From Klebsiella phage 05F01, in the sequence record LC483177.1: a DNA stretch of 64,000 nucleotides, one strand, 5' to 3'. The translations under genes and the position numbers were made by a program. Positions 52,039 to 60,474 of the stretch are shown here, one piece after another. Position 1 is the first letter of the stretch, and each line of letters opens with the position of its first letter. Under the pieces are notes generated by a model, which did not search any database, was not told where the DNA came from, and saw only the letters and a list, made by a program, of their open reading frames with translations.

Positions 52039-52638
52039 ATGGCTAAGATTTCACTGAAAAAAGGTTCCACTAATAAGATTTCTCTTAAAAAATCTGCACC
52101 ACTTCTTCGTAAGATTCGTGTAGAATTTTCTTGGACCTCTAATAGTAAACTGGACCTTGATGCAAGTGCATTGCTGTGTCGTAAAGACTCAAATGGTGCT
52201 GCACAAATTATTAGTGAAAAGCATATGGTTTTTTATGCACAAGGCTGTCAATTTGACCAATCTAAATCAGTGTTCTACGGTGGTGATGTTCGAGATGGTA
52301 GTGGTGATAAAGAAACAATTGAGATCAATCTTGAAACTCTCCCATCAGATATTGAAATTATTCCTCTGATCCTGACTATTGATGACCCACGTGATCAAGG
52401 ACTTACTTTTGGTAATGCAACTGGCGGTTTGCTTAAAATTATTAACGCAGAAACTGATGAAGAGATCCTTGACTTTGATTTCCTGGCTGACGATCTTAAA
52501 AACCTCAGCATTATTCATGTTGCAAATATTGAAGTAAATGGTGCTGATTGGAATGTTGAAGGTGTTGGAGTTGGTGGTGTAGGTGGTATTCTTGATGCAT
52601 TCCTCATGTTCGGTGCTTCTGCTGACTGGTTTGAATAA
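52039..52638 (+). CDS. terD: TerD-family protein
   Basis: ISLKKGSTNKISLKK...LDLDASALL...FYGGDVRDGSGDKETIEINL...ADW. This is the canonical TerD pattern. Confidence 0.75.
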   Translation: MAKISLKKGSTNKISLKKSAPLLRKIRVEFSWTSNSKLDLDASALLCRKDSNGAAQIISEKHMVFYAQGCQFDQSKSVFYGGDVRDGSGDKETIEINLETLPSDIEIIPLILTIDDPRDQGLTFGNATGGLLKIINAETDEEILDFDFLADDLKNLSIIHVANIEVNGADWNVEGVGVGGVGGILDAFLMFGASADWFE

Positions 52639-52650
52639 GTAGGTAGAGAA

Positions 52651-52675
52651 GGAGGGTAATTCCCCTCCTTTTGCA
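52651..52675 (+). terminator. rho-independent terminator: GGAGGG-taattc-CCCTCC + TTTTG
   Basis: Hairpin followed by a T-run. Confidence 0.55.
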
Positions 52676-52699
52676 TAATCCCTCTAAATGTGCTATAAT
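52671..52699 (+). promoter_or_regulatory. sigma70-like promoter: TTGCAT-17nt-TATAAT
   Basis: Near-consensus hexamers. Confidence 0.5.
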
Positions 52700-52730
52700 A
52701 GATAGACATAAACACAAAATGGAGGTAGTA

Positions 52731-53255
52731 TTGCATAATAAAATTAAGAAATCCTTATTAGGTGGATTGTTGGTAACAGCTTTTACCTTTTCTCCTATTA
52801 ATGCAGAAGCAAAAGTAAAGGCAGTTAATAATCAAGTAGTACATATCTGTAATAAGAAAGATACGCCTGTTAACTTACTTGCTTGTGCCATGTATGCTGA
52901 AGGACGTGGAGAAGGTGAGAAGGGTATGTTTGCTATAGGGAATGTCATACTAAATAGAGATTCATCAGAAGATTTTCCCGATGGAATACACTCTGTTGTC
53001 TACCAAAAAGGGCAGTTTACATACCTAAAAAGATTTTCTATTAGAATAAAAGATAAAGACTCTTGGGAAAAAGCACTGAAAGTTAGTAGAAAACTAATTT
53101 ATCTAAATGACAATTTTCCTGAGTTACGTGTAGCTAATGATATAACACGTGGTGCCACCTATTACAAAAGGTGGGATGTCCATCCTAAGTGGTCTAAGAA
53201 AATGAAAGTTGTCTATAGATATAAAGGTCATGTTTTTTATAAGGAGAGGAAATGA
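52731..53255 (+). CDS. secreted cell-wall hydrolase (SleB/CwlJ Hydrolase_2 family), a candidate endolysin
   Basis: LLACAMYAEGRGEGEKGMFAIGNVILNR...FPDGIHSVVYQKGQFTYL. TTG start 5 nt after a GGAGG RBS. N-terminal signal/TM segment. Confidence 0.6.
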   Translation: MHNKIKKSLLGGLLVTAFTFSPINAEAKVKAVNNQVVHICNKKDTPVNLLACAMYAEGRGEGEKGMFAIGNVILNRDSSEDFPDGIHSVVYQKGQFTYLKRFSIRIKDKDSWEKALKVSRKLIYLNDNFPELRVANDITRGATYYKRWDVHPKWSKKMKVVYRYKGHVFYKERK

Positions 53256-53542
53256 ACAATCTTTTTGATACAGGGCAATATGTAGCATCCTTTGCGGTTA
53301 AAGGTATGAGTGAAGAACAACTACTCTTTGCACGTAAACTGCTGCAAGGTGTTGCTGCAATTTATTTTCCGCAAGGTGCTGATGATACAATGTGGTGTAT
53401 CTCTTTTATAGTTGTAAGTGGTGAGACTCAACTTGTTCTTATCATTGATAAAGATTACTACGATGATTTTGTTGACAACAACCAGAATTTGGAGTACTCT
53501 TTATTTGAAGCGCAACCAGCAATCATTGAGGAGACACATTAA
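53252..53542 (+). CDS. hypothetical protein (96 aa)
   Basis: ORF. Confidence 0.45.
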   Translation: MNNLFDTGQYVASFAVKGMSEEQLLFARKLLQGVAAIYFPQGADDTMWCISFIVVSGETQLVLIIDKDYYDDFVDNNQNLEYSLFEAQPAIIEETH

Positions 53543-53778
53543 TGGGCGAAGTTATTGAAGTTAACTTTAAAGAAAAGAAAAAGATCCAGAAGTATGTGAT
53601 CAAGAATTATATTTGTCTTGTTTGTAATCAGAAGTTTGTAAATGATAGCCGTTTAACTGAAGAAGAAAACCCTAGTCTCATCTCTGTAGGTGTCCGTGGG
53701 TATTGTGTCTGTAAGGATTGTGCTGTAGATGTAGCAAATGTTGTTAAAGAAGAGAAATGGGAGAGCAGCCATGACTAA
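53542..53778 (+). CDS. hypothetical Zn-finger-like protein (78 aa)
   Basis: CLVCNQ...CVCKDC. Confidence 0.4.
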   Translation: MGEVIEVNFKEKKKIQKYVIKNYICLVCNQKFVNDSRLTEEENPSLISVGVRGYCVCKDCAVDVANVVKEEKWESSHD

Positions 53779-54235
53779 TATCATAGAACTGGCGCGGAGC
53801 ATGAAAGTAGCGTCAGAGAAAGCCAAACATGCAGGGGAGTCTCCTATAATGCCGTTTGATAATCGGATCTCTGCACTGAATGAATACCAGATTACGGTAT
53901 GCCCAGATAATGTTCTCGCTTTGGTAGAGGCGCTGGAGAAGGCTCATACAAAAGCAGATGTATACGACATGCTTCGTGATGACTACGGTTTGCGCAAAAA
54001 AGGTGTTGGGCTTGCAGATTTCGTTGACTGGCAGGCTAATCGTATCGCAGAGCTAGAGTCCCGCACCGTCAACATCAAATTTGCGCCAATTCAGGTAGAG
54101 GAATTGGGCAATGTTCGTGATGGGAAAAAGCATCCCTATATGTTCGGAGCTGGCTATAACAGCGCAGTTATTCACTGTGAGAGCGTTATTCAGCAGGAGT
54201 TAGACGCTAAAGGCATCAAGTGGGAGGCTGAGTGA
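53771..54235 (+). CDS. hypothetical protein, GC-rich and probably recently acquired
   Basis: Start placed at MTNIIELARS. Codon composition is clearly more GC-rich than the surrounding genes. Confidence 0.45.
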   Translation: MTNIIELARSMKVASEKAKHAGESPIMPFDNRISALNEYQITVCPDNVLALVEALEKAHTKADVYDMLRDDYGLRKKGVGLADFVDWQANRIAELESRTVNIKFAPIQVEELGNVRDGKKHPYMFGAGYNSAVIHCESVIQQELDAKGIKWEAE

Positions 54236-54465
54236 TGTCAAATGCAAAACTAATTTCTGTTGCACCACAAATGCTAGATTCTTTGGTTTGGTCATTACAA
54301 CTTGCAGAAGTTGCTTTAGAAGATTGCAGAATAAACCGTATTAGATGCGGTCACTTAGATATCGTTAGTAAATACAAAGATGGTCGTGTATGTATTGGCC
54401 TGTGGCAAGATGAAGTAGATAAACTAGAGTCAGCTAGGGAAGTTTTACGAAAGGTTTTAGAATGA
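54232..54465 (+). CDS. hypothetical protein (77 aa), GC-richer
   Basis: ORF. Confidence 0.4.
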   Translation: MMSNAKLISVAPQMLDSLVWSLQLAEVALEDCRINRIRCGHLDIVSKYKDGRVCIGLWQDEVDKLESAREVLRKVLE

Positions 54466-54659
54466 TGAATAAAAAATCCATATTTATTAGGGTTATATTG
54501 TTCCCTGTCTATCTTATTTTATGGACATTAGGTCTTTTAGCTATTATAGGTAGCTTTATTTTCAATGAATTCTATGACAAAATGGATTATATACGAGACT
54601 TATTTCAAATGTGGGTTGATAAAATTGCCCCTTTAGACAACAAAAAAGGAGAAAAATAA
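54462..54659 (+). CDS. small membrane protein (65 aa)
   Basis: Hydrophobic helix VILFPVYLILWTLGLLAIIGSFIF. Confidence 0.35.
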   Translation: MMNKKSIFIRVILFPVYLILWTLGLLAIIGSFIFNEFYDKMDYIRDLFQMWVDKIAPLDNKKGEK

Positions 54660-54841
54660 TGGATCATGAAATCCGTCACTATGATTTAAATAAAATTGAG
54701 AGCATTCCTACTGATAAATTGATTAAGATCCGAGATGTTCAGAAGGCATATGCTGCCCAATGTTATCAAGAGTTTAGTGAAGCACGTAGCACAGAGACTC
54801 TGATTAAGATGGAATTGGAGCGTCGTTTCACTAAAAATTGA
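54659..54841 (+). CDS. hypothetical protein (60 aa)
   Basis: ORF. Confidence 0.35.
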   Translation: MDHEIRHYDLNKIESIPTDKLIKIRDVQKAYAAQCYQEFSEARSTETLIKMELERRFTKN

Positions 54842-54890
54842 TAGGAAAAACCTCCTGGACTTACGGGAGGTATTATGTTAAGGTGGTTAT

Positions 54891-55496
54891 ATGAATCCAA
54901 TATATGTCCACCACATTACACCATTCCTGGATGGTGATATTGTTGGTGGTATCAACAAAGCAATTGAAAACCTTCCTGATGATGCTATCATCTGTCTACG
55001 AGATGCAGATACTCTCTTTCTCTTACCAAATCAACAAGAACAAGTTGATCATTTGGCAAGAGTTTATATACAATCCGGTGAATACGATGTAATCTCATGC
55101 ATGACAAATAGACTTGGTAGAAAACAATCTCATCAACTCTATCTAGGAGAAAGAAGCGATAACACAGACATCATAGAACATATGTGTATTGCAGCAGACC
55201 TACAATCAATGAAATACTTGAATGTAAAACCTGTCCCTGAAGGTAAGATAGTTGCAGGTGTTATGTTAATGTTTAAGAAATCTCTCATAAAAGAAGTACC
55301 TATGCTCCAACGTTCTGTCCAATTCGATATTATATGGAGTAGAGAGTTACATAATAAAAATAAAAAGATTGGTATCGCAGAAGGACTATATCTATGGCAT
55401 ACGTATCGTCTAGGTTCTGATGATCCAGAACGTGCTCTAGGTCACTTAATAAAAGCACAAGACTTTGATCTTGTTATCTCTTTGGAGGAAAATTGA
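54891..55496 (+). CDS. hypothetical protein, possibly a nucleotide-sugar transferase-like protein
   Basis: DAIICLRDADTLF is a DxD-like motif. Weak support. Confidence 0.3.
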   Translation: MNPIYVHHITPFLDGDIVGGINKAIENLPDDAIICLRDADTLFLLPNQQEQVDHLARVYIQSGEYDVISCMTNRLGRKQSHQLYLGERSDNTDIIEHMCIAADLQSMKYLNVKPVPEGKIVAGVMLMFKKSLIKEVPMLQRSVQFDIIWSRELHNKNKKIGIAEGLYLWHTYRLGSDDPERALGHLIKAQDFDLVISLEEN

Positions 55497-56215
55497 TTAC
55501 AATTGATGATAAAGACTTTAAAGTGGGTGTAGGTGTAATTACTATAGGAAAAAGGAAATTACCTGACTATAAAACAGAAAAATCTGGTGCTGACTTTAAG
55601 GTCTTTATAGATAAAGATAGGAAAGGGGTGGCATACGCAAGGAATATGTTAATAAAACAGTTTTATGATTCAGGTTATGATTACTGGTTTATTTTTGATG
55701 ATGATGTATATCCAAATGAGCCAGATCATGTAAGCTATATTAAATATTTTACTGAAACAGCATACAAATTCAACTATGACTGTTTTCTAAGTCCTGAGTA
55801 TTTTAGAGACAGTATATGCGGTTCTACTGATAATGGTGAGGTAATTCTATTTAGTGATGCGATGAGCCAATTCATGTTTTGCAGTAGAAAAATGGTAGAA
55901 GTTATTGGCTATATACCTACTCTCCCTAATAATTATGGGTATGAGGATGCGCTATTTTTGGATATGTTAAAACTTGCCCAAAGAAAGGGATTAATTAATA
56001 ATGGTGTAAATGGAATACCTTGTCCAACTAAAGCTTTGTGCTTTATACATCCAACTGATATGTACTCGGATAATATAGAGTCATTTACAAATATGACTTA
56101 TGAAGAGAAACAAAGCGCAATTTCAGCTAATGCCCCTTATTTTGAAAAAATCAAAAATAAAATATCTGAAGGTAAATACTTTTTCTCTTTTGATGAGGTA
56201 ATGGATGGAAAATAA
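55493..56215 (+). CDS. GT-A fold (GT2-like) glycosyltransferase
   Basis: KGVAYARNMLIKQ...DYWFIFDDDV matches the G.a.ARN...yi.flDDD pattern. Confidence 0.45.
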   Translation: MITIDDKDFKVGVGVITIGKRKLPDYKTEKSGADFKVFIDKDRKGVAYARNMLIKQFYDSGYDYWFIFDDDVYPNEPDHVSYIKYFTETAYKFNYDCFLSPEYFRDSICGSTDNGEVILFSDAMSQFMFCSRKMVEVIGYIPTLPNNYGYEDALFLDMLKLAQRKGLINNGVNGIPCPTKALCFIHPTDMYSDNIESFTNMTYEEKQSAISANAPYFEKIKNKISEGKYFFSFDEVMDGK

Positions 56216-57128
56216 ACTTGCTTTAGATGTTAAGTATGGAACATCATGTGATTTCCATAGAATAATTTTACCATATTCATGTTCAAATATTACTTCTAAA
56301 GTTGATACTATCGTATTGAATAGGACACTGACTCAAGGAACACCACATTTGAAACGTATGAAGCGTGATGGGTGGAAAGTTGTTCTTGACTTAGACGATT
56401 ATTGGATGTTAAATAAAGAACATTACCTATACAATCATTATAAAAGCTTAGTTACTGATGTTATCATTGAGAATATAAAACTTGCAGATATTGTAACTGT
56501 AACAAATGTAGAGCTTGCAGAGAAAGTTACTCCGATAAACCCTAATGTGGTAATCGTGCCTAATGCACTACCTTTTGATGAATATCAGTTTACTAAGTCA
56601 CAAGATATTACGTCTAAATCTCCTTTAGTTTATGTAGCAGGTGCATCCCATTATCAAGATAGCTTAATGATGCGTGGAGGAATCAATCCTGCTGAATTGA
56701 CTTTGGCTGGTTATGAAGAAAATCATCCAGAGTGGATTAAAATGAAGGATGCATATCGCAACGCAAGACTAGATTCCCCTTTACCTGTTCATAACTATAT
56801 GAAACTTTATGATGGACATAAGATTGCACTAGCTCCTTTGATTAATAACGAGTTTAACCGTTGCAAGAGTAATCTTAAAGTATTGGAAGCAGGTGCAAAA
56901 GGTATTCCTATTGTATGTTCAAAAGTTTATCCATATTATAATGAAGTTGATAAAGATATTGTATTATATGCGGATTCCAAACCTGATTGGTATTATTTAA
57001 CTAATCGACTCAAAAAAGATAAGTCTTTTTATGAAGATAAAGCTAACTCTTTGATGGAGTTTGTGAGGGAAAAATATAATATGGAAAGTGCAAATAAAAT
57101 TAGACAGCAGGTGATGGATTCTTTATGA
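56205..57128 (+). CDS. hypothetical protein (307 aa), possibly a glycosyltransferase
   Basis: Follows the GT gene. No diagnostic motif. Confidence 0.35.
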   Translation: MENKLALDVKYGTSCDFHRIILPYSCSNITSKVDTIVLNRTLTQGTPHLKRMKRDGWKVVLDLDDYWMLNKEHYLYNHYKSLVTDVIIENIKLADIVTVTNVELAEKVTPINPNVVIVPNALPFDEYQFTKSQDITSKSPLVYVAGASHYQDSLMMRGGINPAELTLAGYEENHPEWIKMKDAYRNARLDSPLPVHNYMKLYDGHKIALAPLINNEFNRCKSNLKVLEAGAKGIPIVCSKVYPYYNEVDKDIVLYADSKPDWYYLTNRLKKDKSFYEDKANSLMEFVREKYNMESANKIRQQVMDSL

Positions 57129-57385
57129 TTAATAATATTATTACAGTAGATGTGGAAGTAAATGATGAAAGTTATGGTGATATTGTTTTAGAGATATCTT
57201 TTATATTTAATCCGGCAGACCCACTAGATTTTAGTTCTGATTGGAATTATGAAGGAAATATTGATATAACTTCAGTAAAAGCTTATGATGGAAAGCGTGA
57301 GTTAAATAATTATAAACTATCGGATCATGAAGCCTTGAATTTTGTTAAAGCAGCAATTAGAGAGGCAGAATTATCTAAAATGTAG
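57125..57385 (+). CDS. hypothetical protein (86 aa)
   Basis: ORF. Confidence 0.4.
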   Translation: MINNIITVDVEVNDESYGDIVLEISFIFNPADPLDFSSDWNYEGNIDITSVKAYDGKRELNNYKLSDHEALNFVKAAIREAELSKM

Positions 57386-57392
57386 AGGAAAT

Positions 57393-59183
57393 ATGTCTAA
57401 TACTATTACACGGTTTGGAGAGGTAATTGATTTAAGCATCGAGGGTCATACTGGATGCCCTCGTTGTCACTCTAAAGGGAAAGATAATAACAATAACAAT
57501 TTAATGGTTTACGGTTTAAATTTGAAAGGTGAACATCAAGGTGGTTATTGTTTTTCTTGTGAATACACAATCCCTAGTGAAGAGTGGTTGCGTGAACATG
57601 GTGAAGAATTAGAAGAGGAAGAGGAGGAATTAGTGGGAAGTGAGTTTAATCCAGAAATTCATAAGAAGTTAAAAGAACAGACAGGAACAAATCCAAAAGA
57701 GTATCGTGGTATTCGTGAAGATATTTCTAAACCCCTTGGTGTTAGACATTCATATGATTTGGAGAGTGGACTAGTGAATGAAACATTTTACCCCATCACC
57801 AAGAATTATGAGATTTCTGGTTATAAACGCCGAGTTCATCCAAAAGAATTTGCTTCACCTGGTCCAATTGGTGAAACAGGGAAAGATTGTGACCTGTTCT
57901 GTCAGTTTAAATACCGAAATCACAATGGAACATTACTTATTGTAGGTGGTGAACATGACTGTTTAGCTGCAACTCAAATGATTGCAGACAACAATAAGAA
58001 CTCTAAATATCAACTCCCAGCGATTGTATCAGGGACATGTGGCGAAGGTAGTTTGTATAAACAGCTTCAGAACCAATATAAATTCCTAAATCAATTCAAA
58101 AAGATTATTCTTTGCATGGATAATGATGATGCTGGTCGTAAGGCTGTAGAAAAATGTGTTAAAGTCTTGCCACGGAATAAAGTTTATATCATGGATCTGA
58201 CAGAAGTTAAAGACCCTAATGAGGCACTTCAGTTAGGTAAACAAGACCACTTTATCTCTCAGTATATTAAATCTCAAACTAAGCTGTATACTCCTGCTGG
58301 TGTATATGCATCTAATATGTTGTATGAAGCTGCACTTGAATGTCTTGAAGCAAAAGTAATTACTCTTCCAGCTTTCATGCGAGTAGCTGCAAATATGCTA
58401 GGTGGAGGTCTGGTAGAAGAAGAGATTACAGTTATTCTTGCTAAGACAAGTATTGGTAAGACGTTATTGGTCAATGAGATTACAAAGCATATTATCATAA
58501 ATCACCCAGAAAAAACTCTAGGTGTGCTCTCTCTAGAAGCAACTTATAAGAAATACTCACGTAACCTTTTGTCATCTTTCTTGCATATCCCTCTTCATCG
58601 TAAGACTGTTGAAGAGAAAAAGCTTATTCTTGAAGATAATAAAGATAAAATTGAACGCTTCTATACTCATGAAGATGGTCGTCCTAAATTCTTCGTGTGT
58701 GATGACCGTGGGGCTAATGTAGAGGATATCAAAGAGAAAGTGCTAGAAATGATCCAAAGCTATGGTGTAGATATTCTTGTCATAGACCCATATTCTGACT
58801 TACTTTCTGGTATGGATGTTTCTGCTCAAGAAGAGCTAGCCACCTGGTTGAAGCGTATTATGAAGGAATTTGGGATTACTATCATTGTAATTTCTCATGT
58901 GAAGAAATCTGCTAACAACACAGCGGAACACATCACTGAGGACGATGCAATGGGCAGTAGCTTCCTTGCTAAAGGTGCAGGTATCACTATTGCACTTGAA
59001 CGAGATAAGCAAGCAGAGAGCGTTATAGAACGAAATAGGACCTATTGTTATATTCTCAAGAACCGTGAATTCTCTGAGACTGGACCTGCTGGTAGCTTTT
59101 ACTATGACATCCCTACAGCAGCACTGCATGACTATGACACATACTTTGAAGGTGCAGACCCTCAACAAAAAGATGCAGCATAG
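57393..59183 (+). CDS. bifunctional DNA primase / DnaB-like helicase (T7 gp4-like)
   Basis: Zn finger CPRCH...CFSCEY. TOPRIM-like LIVGGEHD. Walker A ILAKTSIGKT and Walker B ILVIDPYSD. Start at MSNTITR, which has a GAGGAA RBS. Confidence 0.75.
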   Translation: MSNTITRFGEVIDLSIEGHTGCPRCHSKGKDNNNNNLMVYGLNLKGEHQGGYCFSCEYTIPSEEWLREHGEELEEEEEELVGSEFNPEIHKKLKEQTGTNPKEYRGIREDISKPLGVRHSYDLESGLVNETFYPITKNYEISGYKRRVHPKEFASPGPIGETGKDCDLFCQFKYRNHNGTLLIVGGEHDCLAATQMIADNNKNSKYQLPAIVSGTCGEGSLYKQLQNQYKFLNQFKKIILCMDNDDAGRKAVEKCVKVLPRNKVYIMDLTEVKDPNEALQLGKQDHFISQYIKSQTKLYTPAGVYASNMLYEAALECLEAKVITLPAFMRVAANMLGGGLVEEEITVILAKTSIGKTLLVNEITKHIIINHPEKTLGVLSLEATYKKYSRNLLSSFLHIPLHRKTVEEKKLILEDNKDKIERFYTHEDGRPKFFVCDDRGANVEDIKEKVLEMIQSYGVDILVIDPYSDLLSGMDVSAQEELATWLKRIMKEFGITIIVISHVKKSANNTAEHITEDDAMGSSFLAKGAGITIALERDKQAESVIERNRTYCYILKNREFSETGPAGSFYYDIPTAALHDYDTYFEGADPQQKDAA

Positions 59184-59186
59184 TGC

Positions 59187-59215
59187 TTGACATACCTAAC
59201 CTCCTCTTGTAAGAT
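59187..59215 (+). promoter_or_regulatory. sigma70-like promoter: TTGACA-17nt-TAAGAT, flanked by a 10-bp inverted repeat
   Basis: The inverted repeat CTCCTCTTGT (59201..59210) / ACAAGAGGAG (59230..59239) overlaps the RBS. Confidence 0.5.
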
Positions 59216-59247
59216 TAGTCACATCAAACACAAGAGGAGAAACAAAA

Positions 59248-59673
59248 ATGCGTATGACTTTAAACCTGAAAGCAAAAATCGAAAAAGCTGGTGCACTTGG
59301 TAAAGGTGTTGCTAAAAACGGACAAGCAATTGCTTTTGCTATGCCACATATGATTTGTGAAGACAATCAAGATTTTGAGATTGTCCATCTAGATAACATT
59401 ACTGTGATTCGTCATAAACTCACTGGAAAGAGCTACAAAGTTTGTTGTTCTAAATCATACCGCTTTGACATCAGCCCTTCCTTTACTAAAGGTGTTGGAC
59501 GTAGTAAAGATAAGATTTACTCTTATAAATACTACATTAATAAAGTTGCTGATGGTATTGCTTTCTGTCATGTTGCAAATAAAGAGTCTGTAGAAATTAT
59601 TTTCAAAGACACCAAGAATATTGTTCATAACGAGGATGGTATTGTTCACCTAATGGGAGATTATATTGAGTAA
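59248..59673 (+). CDS. hypothetical protein (141 aa)
   Basis: ORF with a GAGGAGAAAC RBS. Confidence 0.45.
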   Translation: MRMTLNLKAKIEKAGALGKGVAKNGQAIAFAMPHMICEDNQDFEIVHLDNITVIRHKLTGKSYKVCCSKSYRFDISPSFTKGVGRSKDKIYSYKYYINKVADGIAFCHVANKESVEIIFKDTKNIVHNEDGIVHLMGDYIE

Positions 59674-60439
59674 ACGTAATACTTTAGACCAGTATTACAC
59701 TAACCCAGAATATGCCGCATATCTTTGCGGCATTATTCATTCTAAGTGTAAGACTAAAAATTTTATTGAACCTTCAGCAGGATCTGGGGCATTTTCCAAA
59801 AACTTTGAATCAATAACATCATATGATATACATCCAATGTTTGATGGTTGTATCGAAAAAGACTTCTTGTCTATAAACCCAGATTCATTTCCAGATTCTT
59901 TAACATTTGTTGGAAATCCCCCATTTGGTAAAAATTCAAGTCTTGCTGTAAAATTCTTCAATCACTGTGCTATTAAATGTGATTATATCTGCTTTATATT
60001 ACCTAAAACATTCAAAAAGATATTTTTCAAAGATAAATTGAATAGTTCTATGCACTTAGTATTCGAAGTTGATTGTCCAGATAATGCATTTATTCTTAAT
60101 GGACAAACTTGGGATGTCCCTTGTGTATTCCAAATATGGGAGAAGAGTTCTTTTCGAAGAGAAAAAACTTATTTAGGACCTAATAAATGGTTTATTCAGT
60201 CAAATGAAAAGGATTACGATATCGCTGTTCGTAGGGCTGGAGGTAATGCAGGTAAAGTTTTAACAGATGGGGATTCACTTACACCAAGTTCAACATACTT
60301 CCTTAAGTCTAAAGTAGATAATCTTGATATTTATATTAGGAATATATACTCAGAATTGAGAGAGGAAGCCAGTAAAACTGCCGGAGTAAGGAGTTTAAGT
60401 TTAAGGGAATTGCAGTATATACTTGACATGAATTACTAA
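59666..60439 (+). CDS. N6-adenine DNA methyltransferase (gamma-class, TaqI-like, no obvious partner endonuclease)
   Basis: LDQYYTNPEYA resembles the FTP-type N-terminus. Motif I is EPSAGSGAF and motif IV is NPPFG. Confidence 0.55.
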   Translation: MSKRNTLDQYYTNPEYAAYLCGIIHSKCKTKNFIEPSAGSGAFSKNFESITSYDIHPMFDGCIEKDFLSINPDSFPDSLTFVGNPPFGKNSSLAVKFFNHCAIKCDYICFILPKTFKKIFFKDKLNSSMHLVFEVDCPDNAFILNGQTWDVPCVFQIWEKSSFRREKTYLGPNKWFIQSNEKDYDIAVRRAGGNAGKVLTDGDSLTPSSTYFLKSKVDNLDIYIRNIYSELREEASKTAGVRSLSLRELQYILDMNY

Positions 60440-60474
60440 TTAATGTAGAGTATTGCCCTTTATTAGGAGGATAG

